Origin: Macrostomum lignano
Taxonomy: Eukaryota
Direction of reading: 5' to 3'
Assembly: GCA_002269645.1 (NCBI GenBank)
Contig: NIVC01002057.1
Span: 1 to 64,000, forward strand
DNA length: 64,000 bases
A program made the translations under genes and the position numbers. Shown here one piece after another: positions 22,040 through 50,245 of the stretch (the first letter of the stretch is position 1; every line of letters starts with the position of its first letter). Below the pieces are notes generated by a model. That model was given only the letters and a program-made list of their open reading frames with translations, searched no databases and had not been told where the DNA came from.

Positions 22040-23545
22040 ACCTCACCAGATCCTCCAGTGGGTGCCGCTACACCCTCCAGATCCTTCAGTGGGTGCCGCT
22101 ACACCCTCCAGATCCTTCAGTGGGTGCCGCTACACCCTCCAGATCCTTCAGTGGGTGCTGCTAGACCCTCCAGATCCTTCAGTGGGTGCTGCTACACCCT
22201 CCAGATCCTTCAGTGGGTGCTGCTATACCCTCCAGATCCTTCAGTGGGTGCTGCTAGACCCTCCAGATCCTTCAATGGGTGCTGCTACACCCACCAGATC
22301 CTTCAATGGGTGCTGCTACACCCTCCAGATCCTTCAGTGGGTGCCGCTACACCCTCCAGATCCTTCAGTGGGTGCTGCTACACCCTCCAGATCCTTCAGT
22401 GGGTGCTGCTAGACACTCCAGATCCTTCAGTGGGTGCTGCTAGACACTCCAGATCCTTCAGTGGGTGCTGCTATACCCTCCAGATCCTTCAGTGGGTGCT
22501 GCTAGACCCTCCAGATCCTTCAATGGGTGCTGCTACACCCACCAGATTCTTCAATGGGTGCTGCTACACCCTCCAGATCCTTCAGTGGGTGCCGCTACAC
22601 CCTCCAGATCCTTTAGTGGGTGCTGCTACACCCTCCAGATCCTTCAGTGGGTGCTGCTAGACACTCCAGATCCTTCAGTGGGTGCTGCTAGACACTCCAG
22701 ATTCTTCAGTGGGTGCTGCTAGACCCTCCAGATCTTTCAGTGGGTGCTGCTACACCCTCCAGATCCTTCAGTGGGTGCTGCTACACCCTCCAGATCCTTC
22801 AGTGGGTGCCGCTAGACCCTCCAGATCCTTCAGTGGGTGCTGCTAGACCCTCCAGATCCTTCAGTGGGTGCTGCTAGACCCTCCAGATCCTTCAGTGGGT
22901 GCTGCTACACCCTCCAGATCCTTCAGTGGGTGCTGCTACACCCTCCAGATCCTTCAGTGGGTGCTGCTGGACCCTCCAGATCTTCAGTGGGTGCCGCTAC
23001 ACCCTCCAGATCCTTCAGTGGGTGCTGCTACACCTTCCAGATCCTTCAGTGAGTGCCGCTACACCCTCCAGATCCTTCAGTAGCTGCCGCTACACCCTCC
23101 AGATCCTTCAATGGGTGCTGCTACACCCTCCAGATCCTTCATTGGGTGCTGCTAGACCCTCCAGATCCTTCAGTGGGTGCTGCTACACCCTCCAGATCCT
23201 TCAGTGGGTGCTGCTAGACCCTCCAGATCCTTCAGTGGGTGCTGCTAGACCCTCAAGATCCTTCAGTGGGTGCTGCTAGACCCTCCAGATCCTTCATTGG
23301 GTGCTGCTACACCCTCCAGATCCTTCAATGGGTGCTGCTACACCCTCCAGATCCTTCATTGGGTGCTGCTAGACCCTCCAGATCCTTCAGTGGGTGCTGC
23401 TACACCCTCCAGATCCTTCAGTGGGTGCTGCTAGACCCTCCAGATCCTTCAGTGGGTGCTGCTAGACCCTCAAGATCCTTCAGTGGGTGCTGCTAGACCC
23501 TCCAGATCCTTCAGTGGGTGCTGCTAGACCCTCCAGATCCTTGGG
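22040..23545. repeat. 31-bp minisatellite (~48 copies)
   Basis: Unit CCTCCAGATCCTTCAGTGGGTGCTGCTACAC. Confidence 0.95.
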
Positions 23546-24189
23546 TGGATGCCGCAGTAACTCTACTAAAGCAAATTCTACCAAATAGAATTGAGCAATC
23601 GCTAGAAATGTGAAATGCATGTATACAGTTACTGCAAAAAAGCAGCCCCAAAATTATATTATGAGATCTGCGCTAGGAATTTTATAAATATTTTATGCAT
23701 GCCACTAAAGCTATACATGCTTGGCCTTAAAAAAGAACGCAAAAACACATTTTCGTCCATGGTTCCGCATAAAAATCCCAATATTATAGGCTTAAATCCT
23801 TAAAAACTCGTATAAAATATCCAGGCCGCCAATATGGAAATCGAAATTCCATCGCATCGTGTGCGTCCGCGGATAAAATATCCCCAATTCGGCCAATTCC
23901 CGCCGCGTGTCGCCTGCAGTGCATGTCAAAATCCCAGTTGGGGAATATTACGTGTATGAGCACTCGGCCGCCTATAGGCCCCTGCAATCACATGAGCGTT
24001 GGAAATTCATCAAAAATTTCGATTTCTATATTGAAAATAATTTTGGTATCAAACTCCATGCTTTCTATGCCAAGCATATTTCCTTTTAAGATTTTTCCAT
24101 CCTCATCTTCTATGATCATTAATCCCCGAAATCGGAAAAAATAGAAAAGCCCTTTGAAGGCTTTGGCTTATTTAAAATAATTAATCTTT

Positions 24190-25095
24190 CTGTAATCGGC
24201 GCCCCAATCCCCTCGGTAAATAAGCATCCACCTAAATCGGCGCCCCTTTTAATCGGCGCCCCTTTTAATCGGCGCCCCTTTTAATCGGCGCCCAATGATC
24301 CTCGGCGGCCCCCTCAATTGGCGCTCCTCAATCGGCGCCCCCTATATAACTGGCTCCCCTCAATCGGTGCCCCCCTTAACTGGCTCCCCTCAATCGGTGC
24401 CCCCCTTAACTGGCTCCCCTCAATCGGTGCCCTCCTTAACTGGCTCGACTCATTCGGCGCCCCCCCCCCTTAACTGGCTCCCCTCAATCGGTGCCCCCCT
24501 TAACTGGCTCCCCTCAATCGGTGCCCTCCTTAACTGGCTCGACTCATTCGGCGCCCCCCCCCTTAACTGGCTCCCCTCAATCGGTGCCCTCCTTAACTGG
24601 CTCGACTCAATCGGTGCCCTCCTTAACTGGCTCGACTCAATCGGTGCCCCCCTTAACTGGCTCCCCTCATTCGGCCCCCCCCTTAACTGGCTCCCCTCAT
24701 TCGGCGCCCCCTCAATTGGCACCCCCCTCAATCGGCGCCCCCTCAATTGGCGCCCCCCTCAATCGGCGCCCCCCTCAATCGGCGCCCCCCTCAATCTGCG
24801 CCCCCCTCAATCGGCGCCCCTCAATCGGCGCCCCCTCAATCCCCCCTCAATAGGTAGCCCCTTTTAATCGGCGCCCCCCTCAATCCCCCCTCAATAGGTA
24901 GCCCCTTTTAATCGGCGCCCCCCTTAATCCCCCTCAATAGGTAGCCCCTTTTAATCGCCTTCCTCAATCGGCGCCCCTCAATCGGCGCCCCCCCTTCAAT
25001 CGGCGCCTCTTAATTATCGGCGCCCCTCAATTAGCGCCCCCCCCCCTTAATTGGCGCCCCTCATCGGTAGCCCTTTTAATAGGCGCCCCTAAAAC
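24190..25095. repeat. AATCGGCGCCCC-core composite array
   Basis: Short units flank a ~30-bp CCTTAACTGGCTCCCCTCAATCGGTGCCCC core. Confidence 0.9.
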
Positions 25096-25809
25096 TTATT
25101 TGACCGCCTTGACTACAATATGGTTGCTAAGCAAGAGCACATCTGCTGCACAAAGGGCTCCACCGTCAACTGCAGGCAACGGCAATTATACTGTATTTAG
25201 GCCAAGCAAATGGTGAATATGCAGACGCATATCGAGTCACAGACAAACACGACTTTTATATGAGCAAGTCGTAAAACTTTGCATTCTTGGACATTGCATC
25301 GCAACTAAACGCATACATCGCGTTTGCGCTTGCGGGAGCGGAGTGGGGGAGGAGAGGAGAGTGCTTGCTTGCTTTGTGCTTCTTTAGCGCCTACAGTTCT
25401 TTACGGAAATCTCCATTTCGGACAGCACCAGAGGGGCCACAATAAATATCTATATATAGCTAAGCTTACAGATGGATCCGATGCCTTAGTATAGTGTATT
25501 CATATATTATATGCATATTATTAGCTATGTGGCAATAAAAATTGCTTTGAAAATTTACAACTGCCGCTGCTGCTGCATGCTTAGCAATGGCGGTGGGATG
25601 GGGGGCTTGGCGGTCAGACCCTTTTCAAATAAATTGCTGTGCAGCAAATGTGCAGCTTTCTTTTGCTTGCTGCAGCACAAGAAGTTAGGAAAGGAGAATC
25701 AATATAGCTCCCCACGATATGGGCTGCATTTTATATGTATTGTTATTATCATAAATTCAGATAATAGCTATTGTTTTTACTTTGGGCTTAGGGATGCCCC
25801 TGTTGTGTC

Positions 25810-26095
25810 TCACTGACTTGTCTGTTGTGACTTGTCTCTTTTGTGACTTGTCTTTTGTGACTTGTCTCTTTTGTGACTTGTCTTTTGTGACTTGTCTGTT
25901 GTGACTTGTCTCTTTTGTGACTTGTCTTTTGTGACTTGCCTGTGGTTTGTCTCAATTGTCTCTGTTGTGACTTATCTTTTGTGACTTGTCTCTTTTGTGA
26001 CTTGTCTTTTGTGACTTGTCTGTTGTGACTTGCCTGTTGTGACATGTCTGTTGTGACTTGCCTGTTGTGACTTGTCAGTTGTGACTTGTCTCTTG
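25810..26095. repeat. 13-15-bp TTGTGACTTGTCT array
   Basis: Direct observation. Confidence 0.9.
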
Positions 26096-26764
26096 TCTCC
26101 CGTTTCTTCCAATCCTTAATACGAACACAATAGCTATAGCTTGAATAGCTTTACGAGTTTACTTGACCATGAAGACGCCTAAAGTTTTATACTGTGTACA
26201 GCATCCTTTGTGAGTGAATTAGCAATGGGCATACTGCATTGATACTGCAATAAATAGCAACCCGGGTAATTCCGATCTCAATTCCTAATAGTATATACAG
26301 CATCCATATATTGATGCGCTATTTACGATCTAATTGGACCTGCAGGGTAACTGAAGCTGCTTTACAGCTTGCTTCCGGTCTTAGGCATGCCATGAGGCCG
26401 ATGAGGGTCATGCACCCCCCCACGGTACATCCGAATTATATATTTTCCTACCACATGAGATGGAGATAAGATATGGTTTCAACTGCTATCGTGAGTCTGT
26501 CCGCTACCGATTCTTTAGCTAACTAAACACTGACCTCTCTCTATGTCTATGATACCCGTGTATTTTTTGTATTCATTATCATTGCAATATTATTGATTTT
26601 TTATGTTTAATCAAACCCAGATTAAAATGAATTTCCAACCAATTCAAAACCAAAGGGATCGATAGTGTACGATAATGTACGAGAATTACTAATCGTTAAA
26701 AGCATTGTAATTTGCAATTGCAACCACATGCGAAAACGCACGCGTTCAGCAAACTAAGCTAAGA

Positions 26765-27560
26765 CGGCCAGGCCAACCAGTGTGTGGTTGGCCGGCGATA
26801 CTGACGCTAGTAGTAGTAAATCATTGCTCCGGGGTCCCAACCCAACTCCAAGCTTGGAACTTGAGGGGTCTTTCGGAGCCATTTGGCGGGGGAGGGCATT
26901 TTTGGGGGAGGCTGATTGGAGCTGAGGTGGGTGACCAGCGGGCCGCTAGCATTTATAATGAGCCCCCGCTAGCCTCCCCCCATAACCCTTAAAAGAGGCA
27001 GGCCTTCGCGGTTTTTTTTTGGGCTTTTGATGTTAAAATTACCCTCCCCAAAACCCAAAGCCCCGAGAAGAGAAAAGCGGAGGACAGGGAGGGGTAGTCA
27101 GTTGGCGGTTATTCTGCGGCGGGGTTTGTGGAATAAGGGTACGATTTTACAACCTCAGCCGTCAACCCCAGTTTCAGGCTTTACTCTCTCCTAAATAGTT
27201 TTTAGGGCTGTGGTTTTACAACCTCAAGCAACCACCCCGCCTTAGTAGGCCATCCCTCCTTAGGGGGTCTGGTCTTGCCCGTTGGTTGACCACGCTGTTT
27301 TGGTGTTTGGGCGGTCAGGGGTGGTAGGCTTTACAACCTCAAACCGCCCACCCCATTTTAACCCCTGCCCGCCCAGACCAAAGCTCCTAAATAGCTTCGG
27401 GCCTGGCTCTTGCACTGTGGTGTTGGGTCATAAAAGTCTTTTTTGCAAGGGAGAGGGTAATTTGGTTCTCTTTTATTTCTTTGCATGGGTTGAACCGGTA
27501 GGGGACCCGCCTGCCTTTAATGCCCTTCATTCTATAGCTGGGCATAAGGGAAAGCCATAA
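26765..27560. mobile_element. Degenerate retroelement-like (RTE UTR-like) fragment
   Basis: GC-rich island; 9-bp hairpin GGCCAACCA/TGGTTGGCC at 26771-26793; three copies of TTTACAACCTCA (~27145, 27214, 27330); no ORF. Family assignment is from recalled resemblance only. Confidence 0.3.
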
Positions 27561-28951
27561 AACCAATAGTTGAAAAAGTGGAAATTTTAGTTTTGCCTTT
27601 CAGTCTTCCTTAGCAATTTCGCACAGCACGTCACTCGTCAGCGAAGAAAATAAGTGGAAAAGGGAAATTAATTTAAGGACGTTCTAGACGAAGATGAAAT
27701 CTAAGTGTAGTAGGAAATGAGGAACGGAAGAAATGTTTTCGGTGAAATCAAAGAAAGCTTCGAGAGAAACACATTTGAATAAGAAATCCTCATCTTCGCA
27801 GCTTAGCATTAGCACTGCTGCTGCAATGCACTGCGTAGGCGTGTTAGATTAGATTAGGATTGGGAATTCCTTGCTGACACAACCGCAGTGAGAAAACGTT
27901 TTTTTACAGGAATGAAAGCATTAAAAAGTCTAGAGTTGTTTCAGTACACTTAAGTCCAAACGACTGCATCACGGTTTTAAACTATAATTTATGTTTCATG
28001 GTACTAGCGTAGATTTCAGTGCAATATGAGGTCACCTATATTTAGATGTATGGAAGCAATGTATACTGCATGACTAGGTTATGACGAATAAGCGAACAAC
28101 TATATTATCATACAAAAATTAACTTTACGCATGAAAGATGAAGCTACTAAAAGTACTATGTATACTTCATTCTAATTCCGAAATACTATAACATATATAT
28201 AATAGTTACTAATAGTATAGTCTCGTAGTCCGACTGTCTCCTTGGGACACGATCCTCTTGAATCTTGATTAGGTATTTTAATTAAGAGGCTGGCGTCGAC
28301 TGAAGCTGAATTTTAAGTAGCCCCTTCCCGGTCTGGATTAGCGGGGATATGAATTCCCATTGACGAGGATATTTTGTTTTTTCTTCAATCCTTAGTAGAA
28401 GTAACGCAATTGAGCCCCCTCATAAACAATTAAAAGATCTTCAAAAGCTCGATTCTCTAGCCATAATATAAGGATTGAATACGGCTCGTATCGTTGCTCC
28501 GAGGCTATAGCCTATAAGCCATAGACATAGCCAGCAATAAGATCCATAGAAAACTGACTAAGTTATGTACTTCACCTGTGACTGTAAGACTATCAGTGAC
28601 ACTGCGATGGTTTTTCACGCGTAACTTTTGAATGAAATGACCAAAATACGCGCGACTGAATTCATTAGAAAGAAGAGATGTGCCGCTATAAAATGACACC
28701 AAAGTTGTGCTTGCAGCTGCTACTGTTTTTGGCGTCGGATTAAGTGTCAACTTTCCGCAGACACCCTCCGGAATGGCCAATCCATAGTCTATGGACTCTA
28801 TGGCCATTCCCTAAACGGGGCGTATAGTCTATGGCCAATTGGTTTTCTTTACATCGCTCGTGCTGGTTTGTATACAGGGGAGCATATACATACATGTGAT
28901 CTCGTTTTGTTTGACTACTCTATAAAGTCTCATTGATTAGATCGTCCAGAG

Positions 28952-29181
28952 CAGGATCGGCAAACTTTTTTACCTCAAAGGCCAAATAGAGAACCTAGCG
29001 CATGACAGGAGGCGAGGAGAGGAGAGAAGAGAGAGGAGAGAAGAGAGGAGCGGAGATCAGAGAGAAGGGAGCTGAGAAAAGACAAAACCTAAAGCGGGCC
29101 GGATTTCCATTGTTAAGTTTAAAATGACCCGAGGGCCGGATGCAGAGGCTTTGCGGGCTGCGGAGTGCTGCCGAACCCATG
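28952..29181. mobile_element. hAT (Charlie-like) MITE
   Basis: Starts CAGGATCGGCAAACTTTTTT..AAAGGCCAAATAG and ends GCGGGCTGCGGAGTGCTGCCGAACCCATG, the typical end layout of Charlie/MER58-like elements. Left flank GTCCAGAG resembles the NTCTAGAN target; right TSD degenerate. Confidence 0.55.
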
Positions 29182-29879
29182 GTCAAAGCGATATATAATT
29201 AATAGAATAATTTTGGCCGGATAATTGCCGTTATAGCTTATCTGCGGATTTCATTGCTCTTATCTTATTGTTCGCCTGTCCAATATTAAACGGCCGTTGT
29301 CTAATATAATGCAAACCGTTTTGAAGAATCATAAATCTCCATTATAGTAGGGGATACTTAGAGAAAATTTTTATGGTCGACGAATGTACATATATATTCA
29401 CCACTAATTGGTCCACAGCTAAATATATCGACTGGATCGAGAATTAAAAGTGGCGAGGTAATGCCTTTAATTGATTAATCGTTAAAAATGCTTTGGTTCT
29501 ATAATATTGGGACAAGTATGAAAAAATCGATTTTATGCGCCTAAAACCGATACAGCATGTGCTGAAATGGTGTGTATTGTATAACATAATTTATATTAGG
29601 TGTCGTAAAAAAATACTCGTAAAATTCTAAAGGTTCTCTTACGCATGGACTTCTTAAACAGCATTTTACAAGTAAAAAAGATGGAAATAATAACAATTAT
29701 TGATTACACCTGCCCTATGCTGCATTACACCAATTTAACATCTAGGTCAACTGAAGCAATTCAGAGTTAAATTAAATTGTCTGGCTTAAGGACACAAATT
29801 GTTCCTTAAGCTACTAAGCTACATCCCCATATGTTCAGCTAATTAACTAATTAAAATATTATTTCGCTTCATTAGTCAC

Positions 29880-32800
29880 ATGTACAACCATGTTACATCG
29901 GAGCACTCTACTCCCATCATCCACGCAACTCCAGATCTCACTGTTAAGCTCAAAATGTCTCCATCTGCAGATGCGGATCCGCTGTCCCCAAGCTGGTCAT
30001 CTTCGGCCTCGTCAAGCAGCGCTGGCAGCCTGCTCGGAGGCACCGACCTGCTGCCCGTGTACTGCGGCCTGCTCGGCTGCCTGATCCTCGGTTTAGTGGC
30101 CTGGATCCTTGTCAAACAGATGCTGAGAAGAGCGGGCACGTCGACAACCGAGGAGAAGGCGGTTGCGGTGGAGTCAGCATTGCGACAGCAGCATCAGCCT
30201 GAGCATGAGCATCAGGAGCCAGAGCATCAGGAGCAGTTGGTGCTGTTCCAGTTCCCCCTAACAGCAGCCAACTCCTCCGGATGTCGTCGACCGAAGCGTC
30301 GCAGCGCCGATAGCGGATTCGGCGGCAGCGAGCCAACCGAGGACAATATTCTAGTTGACGGACGGCGACTGTTGAGGGAACTGTCAGGATCGCGGATGCA
30401 ACGATTGGAGAATATTCTGGCTAACGATGCTGATCCCGATAGGTGGCGACGGCTGGCGAGTGAGCTGGGTGAGTTGTGGAAGTTGTGACGCCATAAACAA
30501 TAACAGGCCTAGGTTCGGCACGATAAACAATAACAGGTTTGGCGCCATACCAGTAAACAATATCAGGTTTGGCGCCATACCAGTAAACAATAACAGGTTT
30601 GGCGCCATACCAGTAAACAATATCAGGTTTGGGACCATACCGGTAAACAATATCAGGTTTGGCGCCATTCCAGTAAACAATATCAGGTTTGGCGCCATAC
30701 CAGTAAACAATATCCGGTTTGGGACCATAAATAACAACAGATTCGGTGCTTATTGTACATGATATTATTTAAAAGGTAAAACGATTAAACCCGCAGATAG
30801 GTTTAGCAGCAAAACGCAAAGCATACTACTTACCTATTTGTAGAGTAGAATAGGCAGTACATACGAGTGTATTTTAAGACAAAATAAATTTTATCTTCCT
30901 ATTTACGAGCAGTTTAGTCAAAACTCAAACAGGCGAGTGGGCGTTGTAAAAACTGAGAACACAATGAATATTTGAGTTAGTTAGTCTCTCTTCTGCATCC
31001 TCTCCTTCAAACAAAATAATCGCATCAGTATAGAGCTCTTGGAAAATTTCAGCATAGAAACAATGGTTAATTTTGTCTGGAAAATATTTTAATTAAACAA
31101 AGCAATGGGGAAAACAATTAGCCATTTGCTCATCGAACCAAGACCGAAATGCATGCATCGTTAGGCAAAATTTATCGGCAATATTTTTCCTGCAAAACAT
31201 TTCTCTGAAATAAAACTGACAACTGCGAGACTGTAAGTAATGTGAGAAATATTTATTGCCTTTAATATAGCATTCCATTAAAGCAAAAATGCTATAATGA
31301 TGTTTATGAAGTACTGTACACTATTAAAAGACTTTTCGATGCATTACTGTTCAGACATTTTTGCACTCTTATGTGAAGCCTTGGATTTTTCCCTTTGAAT
31401 TTTGAGTCACCTGTTAGATACCGTAGAATCTGTTAGATACTCGAGAATCACCTGTTAGACACTCGAGAATCACCTGTTAGACACTCGAGAATCACCTGTT
31501 AGACACTCGAGAATCACCTGTTAGACACTAGAGAATCACCTGTTAGATACTATAGAGGATCACCTGTTAGATACTAGAGAATCACCTGTTAGATACTAGA
31601 GAATCACCTGTTAGATACTAGAGAGAATCACCTGTTAGATACTCGAGAATCACCTGTTAGATACTCGGGAATCACCTGTTAGATAATAGAGAATCACCTG
31701 TTAGATACTATAGAGAATCACCTGTTAGATACTCGAGAATCACCTGGTAGATACTAGAGAATCACCTGTTAGATACTAGAGAATCACCTGTTAGATACTA
31801 TAGAGAATCACCTGTTAGATACTAGACAATCACCTGTTAGATACTAGACAATCACCTGTTAGATACTAGAGAATCACCTGTTAGATACTAGAGAATCACA
31901 TGTTAGATACTCGAGAATCACATGTTAGATACTAGAGAATCACATGTTAGATACTCGAGAATCACATGTTAGATACTCGAGAATCACCTGTTAGATACTA
32001 TAGAGAATCACCTGTTAGATACTCGAGAATCACCTGTTAGACACTCGAGAATCACCTGTTAGACACTCGAGAATCACCTGTTAGACACTAGAGAATCACC
32101 TGTTAGATACTATAGAGAATCACCTGTTAGATACTAGAGAATCACCTGTTAGATACTAGAGAATCACCTGTTAGATACTAGAGAATCACCTGTTAGATAC
32201 TCGAGAATCACCTGTTAGATACTAGAGAATCACCTGTTAGATACTAGAGAATCACCTGTTAGATACTCGAGAATCACCTGTTAGATACTAGAGAATCACC
32301 TGGTAGATACTAGAGAATCACCTGTTAGATACTAGAGAATCACCTGTTAGATACTAGAGAATCACCTGGTAGATACTAGAGAATCACCTGTTAGATACTA
32401 GAGAATCACCTGTTAGATACTAGAGAATCACCTGTTAGATACTAGAGAATCACCTGTTAGATACTCGAGAATCACCTGCTAGATACTAGAGAATCACCTG
32501 TTAGATACTAGAGAATCACCTGTTAGATACTATAGAGAATCACCTGTTAGATACTCGAGAATCACCTGGTAGATACTAGAGAATCACCTGTTAGATACTA
32601 GAGAATCACCTGTTAGATACTAGAGAATCACCTGTTAGATACTAGAGAATCACCTGTTAGATACTATAGAGAATCACCTGTTAGATACTCGAGAATCACC
32701 TGTTAGATACTAGAGAATCACCTGTTAGACACTCGAGAATCACCTGTTAGACACTCGAGAATCACCTGTTAGACACTCGAGAATCACCTGTTAGACACTA

Positions 32801-34141
32801 GAGAATCACCTGTTAGATACTATAGAGGATCACCTGTTAGATACTAGAGAATCACCTGTTAGATACTAGAGAATCACCTGTTAGATACTAGAGAGAATCA
32901 CCTGTTAGATACTCGAGAATCACCTGTTAGATACTCGGGAATCACCTGTTAGATAATAGAGAATCACCTGTTAGATACTAGAGAATAACCCGTTAGATAC
33001 TCGAGAATCACCCGTTAGACACTAGAGAATCACATGTTAGACACTAGAGAATCACCCGTTAGACACTCGAGAATCACCCGTTAGACACTCGAGAATCACC
33101 CGTTAGACACTCGAGAATCACCCGTTAGACACTCGAGAATCACCTGCTCATCTGTTAAATCCTCACAGGCCTCACACCTGACGAGCTGTCAATCCTGGAG
33201 CGCCAGGCCCTTCGCGGTGGCAACCAGCTCGCCATCCGGGAGATGCTGCACACCTGGTCAAGACGGCCCTCCGCCAGCATCGCGCACCTGGCTCGCTGTC
33301 TCCGTGGCGTCGGCCGCTCGGACGCACTGATTCTGTTTCGCGAGTCGCCGCTAAAATCGAACAGGCGCCAACATCGAATAGTTCGAATGCACAAGCGGCA
33401 GAGGGGGGAGCGACTCACGGGCCAGGATGAGGCTGCAGCTGCTGCAAAGCAGCCTCAGCAACAACGTGAGGAAGAAGAGGATCCTGATGAGAAGGAAAAG
33501 CCTGAGCAAAATGAGGCCGTTCCGGCGATTGAACAGTGAGTTGTGGCAGTGTTACAGCTTGATGACTCAGAATTCCTTTTGCCAGATTGTAGAATATTGC
33601 ACCTGTTAGACAGTGTCACACACCTGTTAGACAGTGTCACACACCTGTTAGACAGGACAGTGTCACACACCTGTTAGAAAATGTCACACACCTGTTAGAC
33701 AATGTCACACACCTGTTAGACAGGACAGTGTCACACACCTGTTAGACAATGTCACACACCTGTTAGACAATGTCACACACCTGTTAGACAGTGTCACACA
33801 CCTGTTAGACAGGATAGTGTCACACACCTGTTAGACAGGACAGTGTCACACACCTGTTAGACAGGACAGTGTCACACACCTGTTAGACAATGTCACACAC
33901 CTGTTAGACAGGACAGTGTCACACACCTGTTAGACAGTGTCACACACCTGTTAGACAGGACAGTGTCACATTGCTCAGTGCATCAGCACTAATGAAAGCC
34001 ACTAATTACAGAGATTGCATGCCTTAATTCAATAATTTCAGCGGCAGTGAGCAGGAGAAAAGAAGTCAAGATGCGGTGGAGTCAGAACAGGCATTGTTAT
34101 CAGCAATTTTGCCTCTTGACAATGAGAGCGAATCTCAATAA
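29880..34141 (+). CDS. p75NTR/NRADD-like single-pass membrane protein with death domain and acidic low-complexity tail, ~351 aa
   Basis: Exons 29880-30468, 33169-33535, 34042-34141 (phases 1 and 2 match). TM segment LLPVYCGLLGCLILGLVAWILVK resembles p75NTR LIPVYCSILAAVVVGLVAYIAFK. Death-domain-like LENILA..DRWRRLASELG|LTPDELS..EMLHTWS..SIAHLARCLRGVGRSDALIL. The third exon is less certain (alternative stop at 33537-33539). AATAAA at 34765-34770. Confidence 0.8.
30495..30735. repeat. 30-bp minisatellite (death-domain gene intron 1)
   Basis: Unit GGCGCCATACCAGTAAACAATATCAGGTTT. Confidence 0.9.
31405..33150. repeat. 22-bp minisatellite (death-domain gene intron 1)
   Basis: Unit GAGAATCACCTGTTAGATACTA. 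Confidence 0.95.
33600..33970. repeat. 21/26-bp minisatellite (death-domain gene intron 2)
   Basis: Unit ACCTGTTAGACAGTGTCACAC. Confidence 0.9.
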
Positions 34142-34882
34142 CAGCAGGTCAATACATCCAGCGTGTGTACATAGAAATGAAAGTTTCTGCTTTTTTGTAG
34201 ATAGTTCGCTACCCTTGATAACAGTTTTTATTAATTTTTTCATTTGAAAGCAAGTTTGCAAGCTATGCAGTGAAATATCTCATTATTGCAAATTTCGTAT
34301 TGAATGCAGATTTGCTCGTATTTTTTAGGCGTTGGATATTAAAATCGATAACTAATTTTCTACGTTAAAAATTCTTCTCAATTTATAAGCCTTGTATCCA
34401 CACACTGATACCATTCTCTGGCGATCTCATCCACTCCTTCTCACCCTCCTACTGATGCCCTCCCTCACTCTCAACCCTCTCTCTCCTCCTCTCTCCCTCA
34501 CCCTCTCGCACTATCCACTTGCTTGAATATTAAACTCTCGCCATGAACAGCTTATTAAATTGTAAATTTTCTCGATGAAGAATAAGTACGCAAGTACAAT
34601 CGTACAGTAGTTTATAGCAAACGAATTACAATGTTTTAAAGAATGTTAATTTTAAAGCTTGCATTTAAACTTAACGCATCTAGATTTCGCATCAATAATG
34701 TTTAATAATGGCACAAGCAGTCAAACACATTTTGCTTTTAGATTTCGCTTTGTGTTCGATAGTAAATAAACACAGTAGTTTGTTCAATTTGTTTTGAATG
34801 CAATTCAACTCATAGTTGGGTTTGCCATTCAGTTGCCTTTGTGATTAAATTGCAGACTCAGTTATGGGGATTCTGCAGCTAA

Positions 34883-34919
<37 letters not shown>

Positions 34920-35295
34920 AAGACAGACAGACAGAAAGACAGAGATAGATAGAAAGATAGTAGATGGCGAGAAAGAGCGAGCGAAGCGAGCTCTTTCGAG
35001 CTTGCTTGCCGCAGCCAATCAAGCTGAAAGCACGCACACAAGATCACCGGAAACGATTAAGGCAGCTGGAAAGCCAATGGGCGCGGTAAGCGCTTTTATC
35101 CAGAGGAACTACCTGCTGGAACCAGCCATGCCGAACGAAAATCAGACTACTCAAGTAGTGCAAAAGAGTACGTGCAACTACCGAGAAATCTAATTTTCGT
35201 AACCGCTCCGGTGCAGGTCCTGACTATAGATAGTAGATAGCGAGAAAGAGCGAGCGAAGCGAGATAGATCCATTTATCTTAGATCCTATCTATCC

Positions 35296-35872
<577 letters not shown>

Positions 35873-36211
35873 GATAATTGGAGACAGTCGGCAGTCATCC
35901 GCATTCCAAATTAGGCAACCTAGCTCAGTAACGACCCCCCCCTGAACGCGCCCACCTGCCGTGAGCTCGTTAATTCGGCCCCACCAAACGTCTCGACTTT
36001 CACGCGCTCCAACTCCAGTGTAGATAATGTTTCTTCTTGCTCGCTTAAAAGTGTAAAGTTTCTCTTTGATGGATAATCATTTATAGTAGGAATCGTTCTC
36101 AATCTCTTCCGCACAGGAGTAGGCTCACCTTAATAAAAATCCGCCCTTAAGCAATTCGGATACTGCCGCTTTGCCAACTCCGACACGAGTTCCTATCGAA
36201 TCAGCTCGACA

Positions 36212-50245
<14,034 letters not shown>

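Noticed and set aside
22040-23545. CRISPR-like array (31-bp repeats)
   Set aside because: Head-to-tail units with no unique spacers, no cas genes, and a eukaryotic context. The same applies to all other arrays.
28518-28835. MITE bounded by GCCATAGAC / GTCTATGGC
   Set aside because: Only a 9-bp inverted repeat, several competing internal copies, and no TSD; insufficient support.
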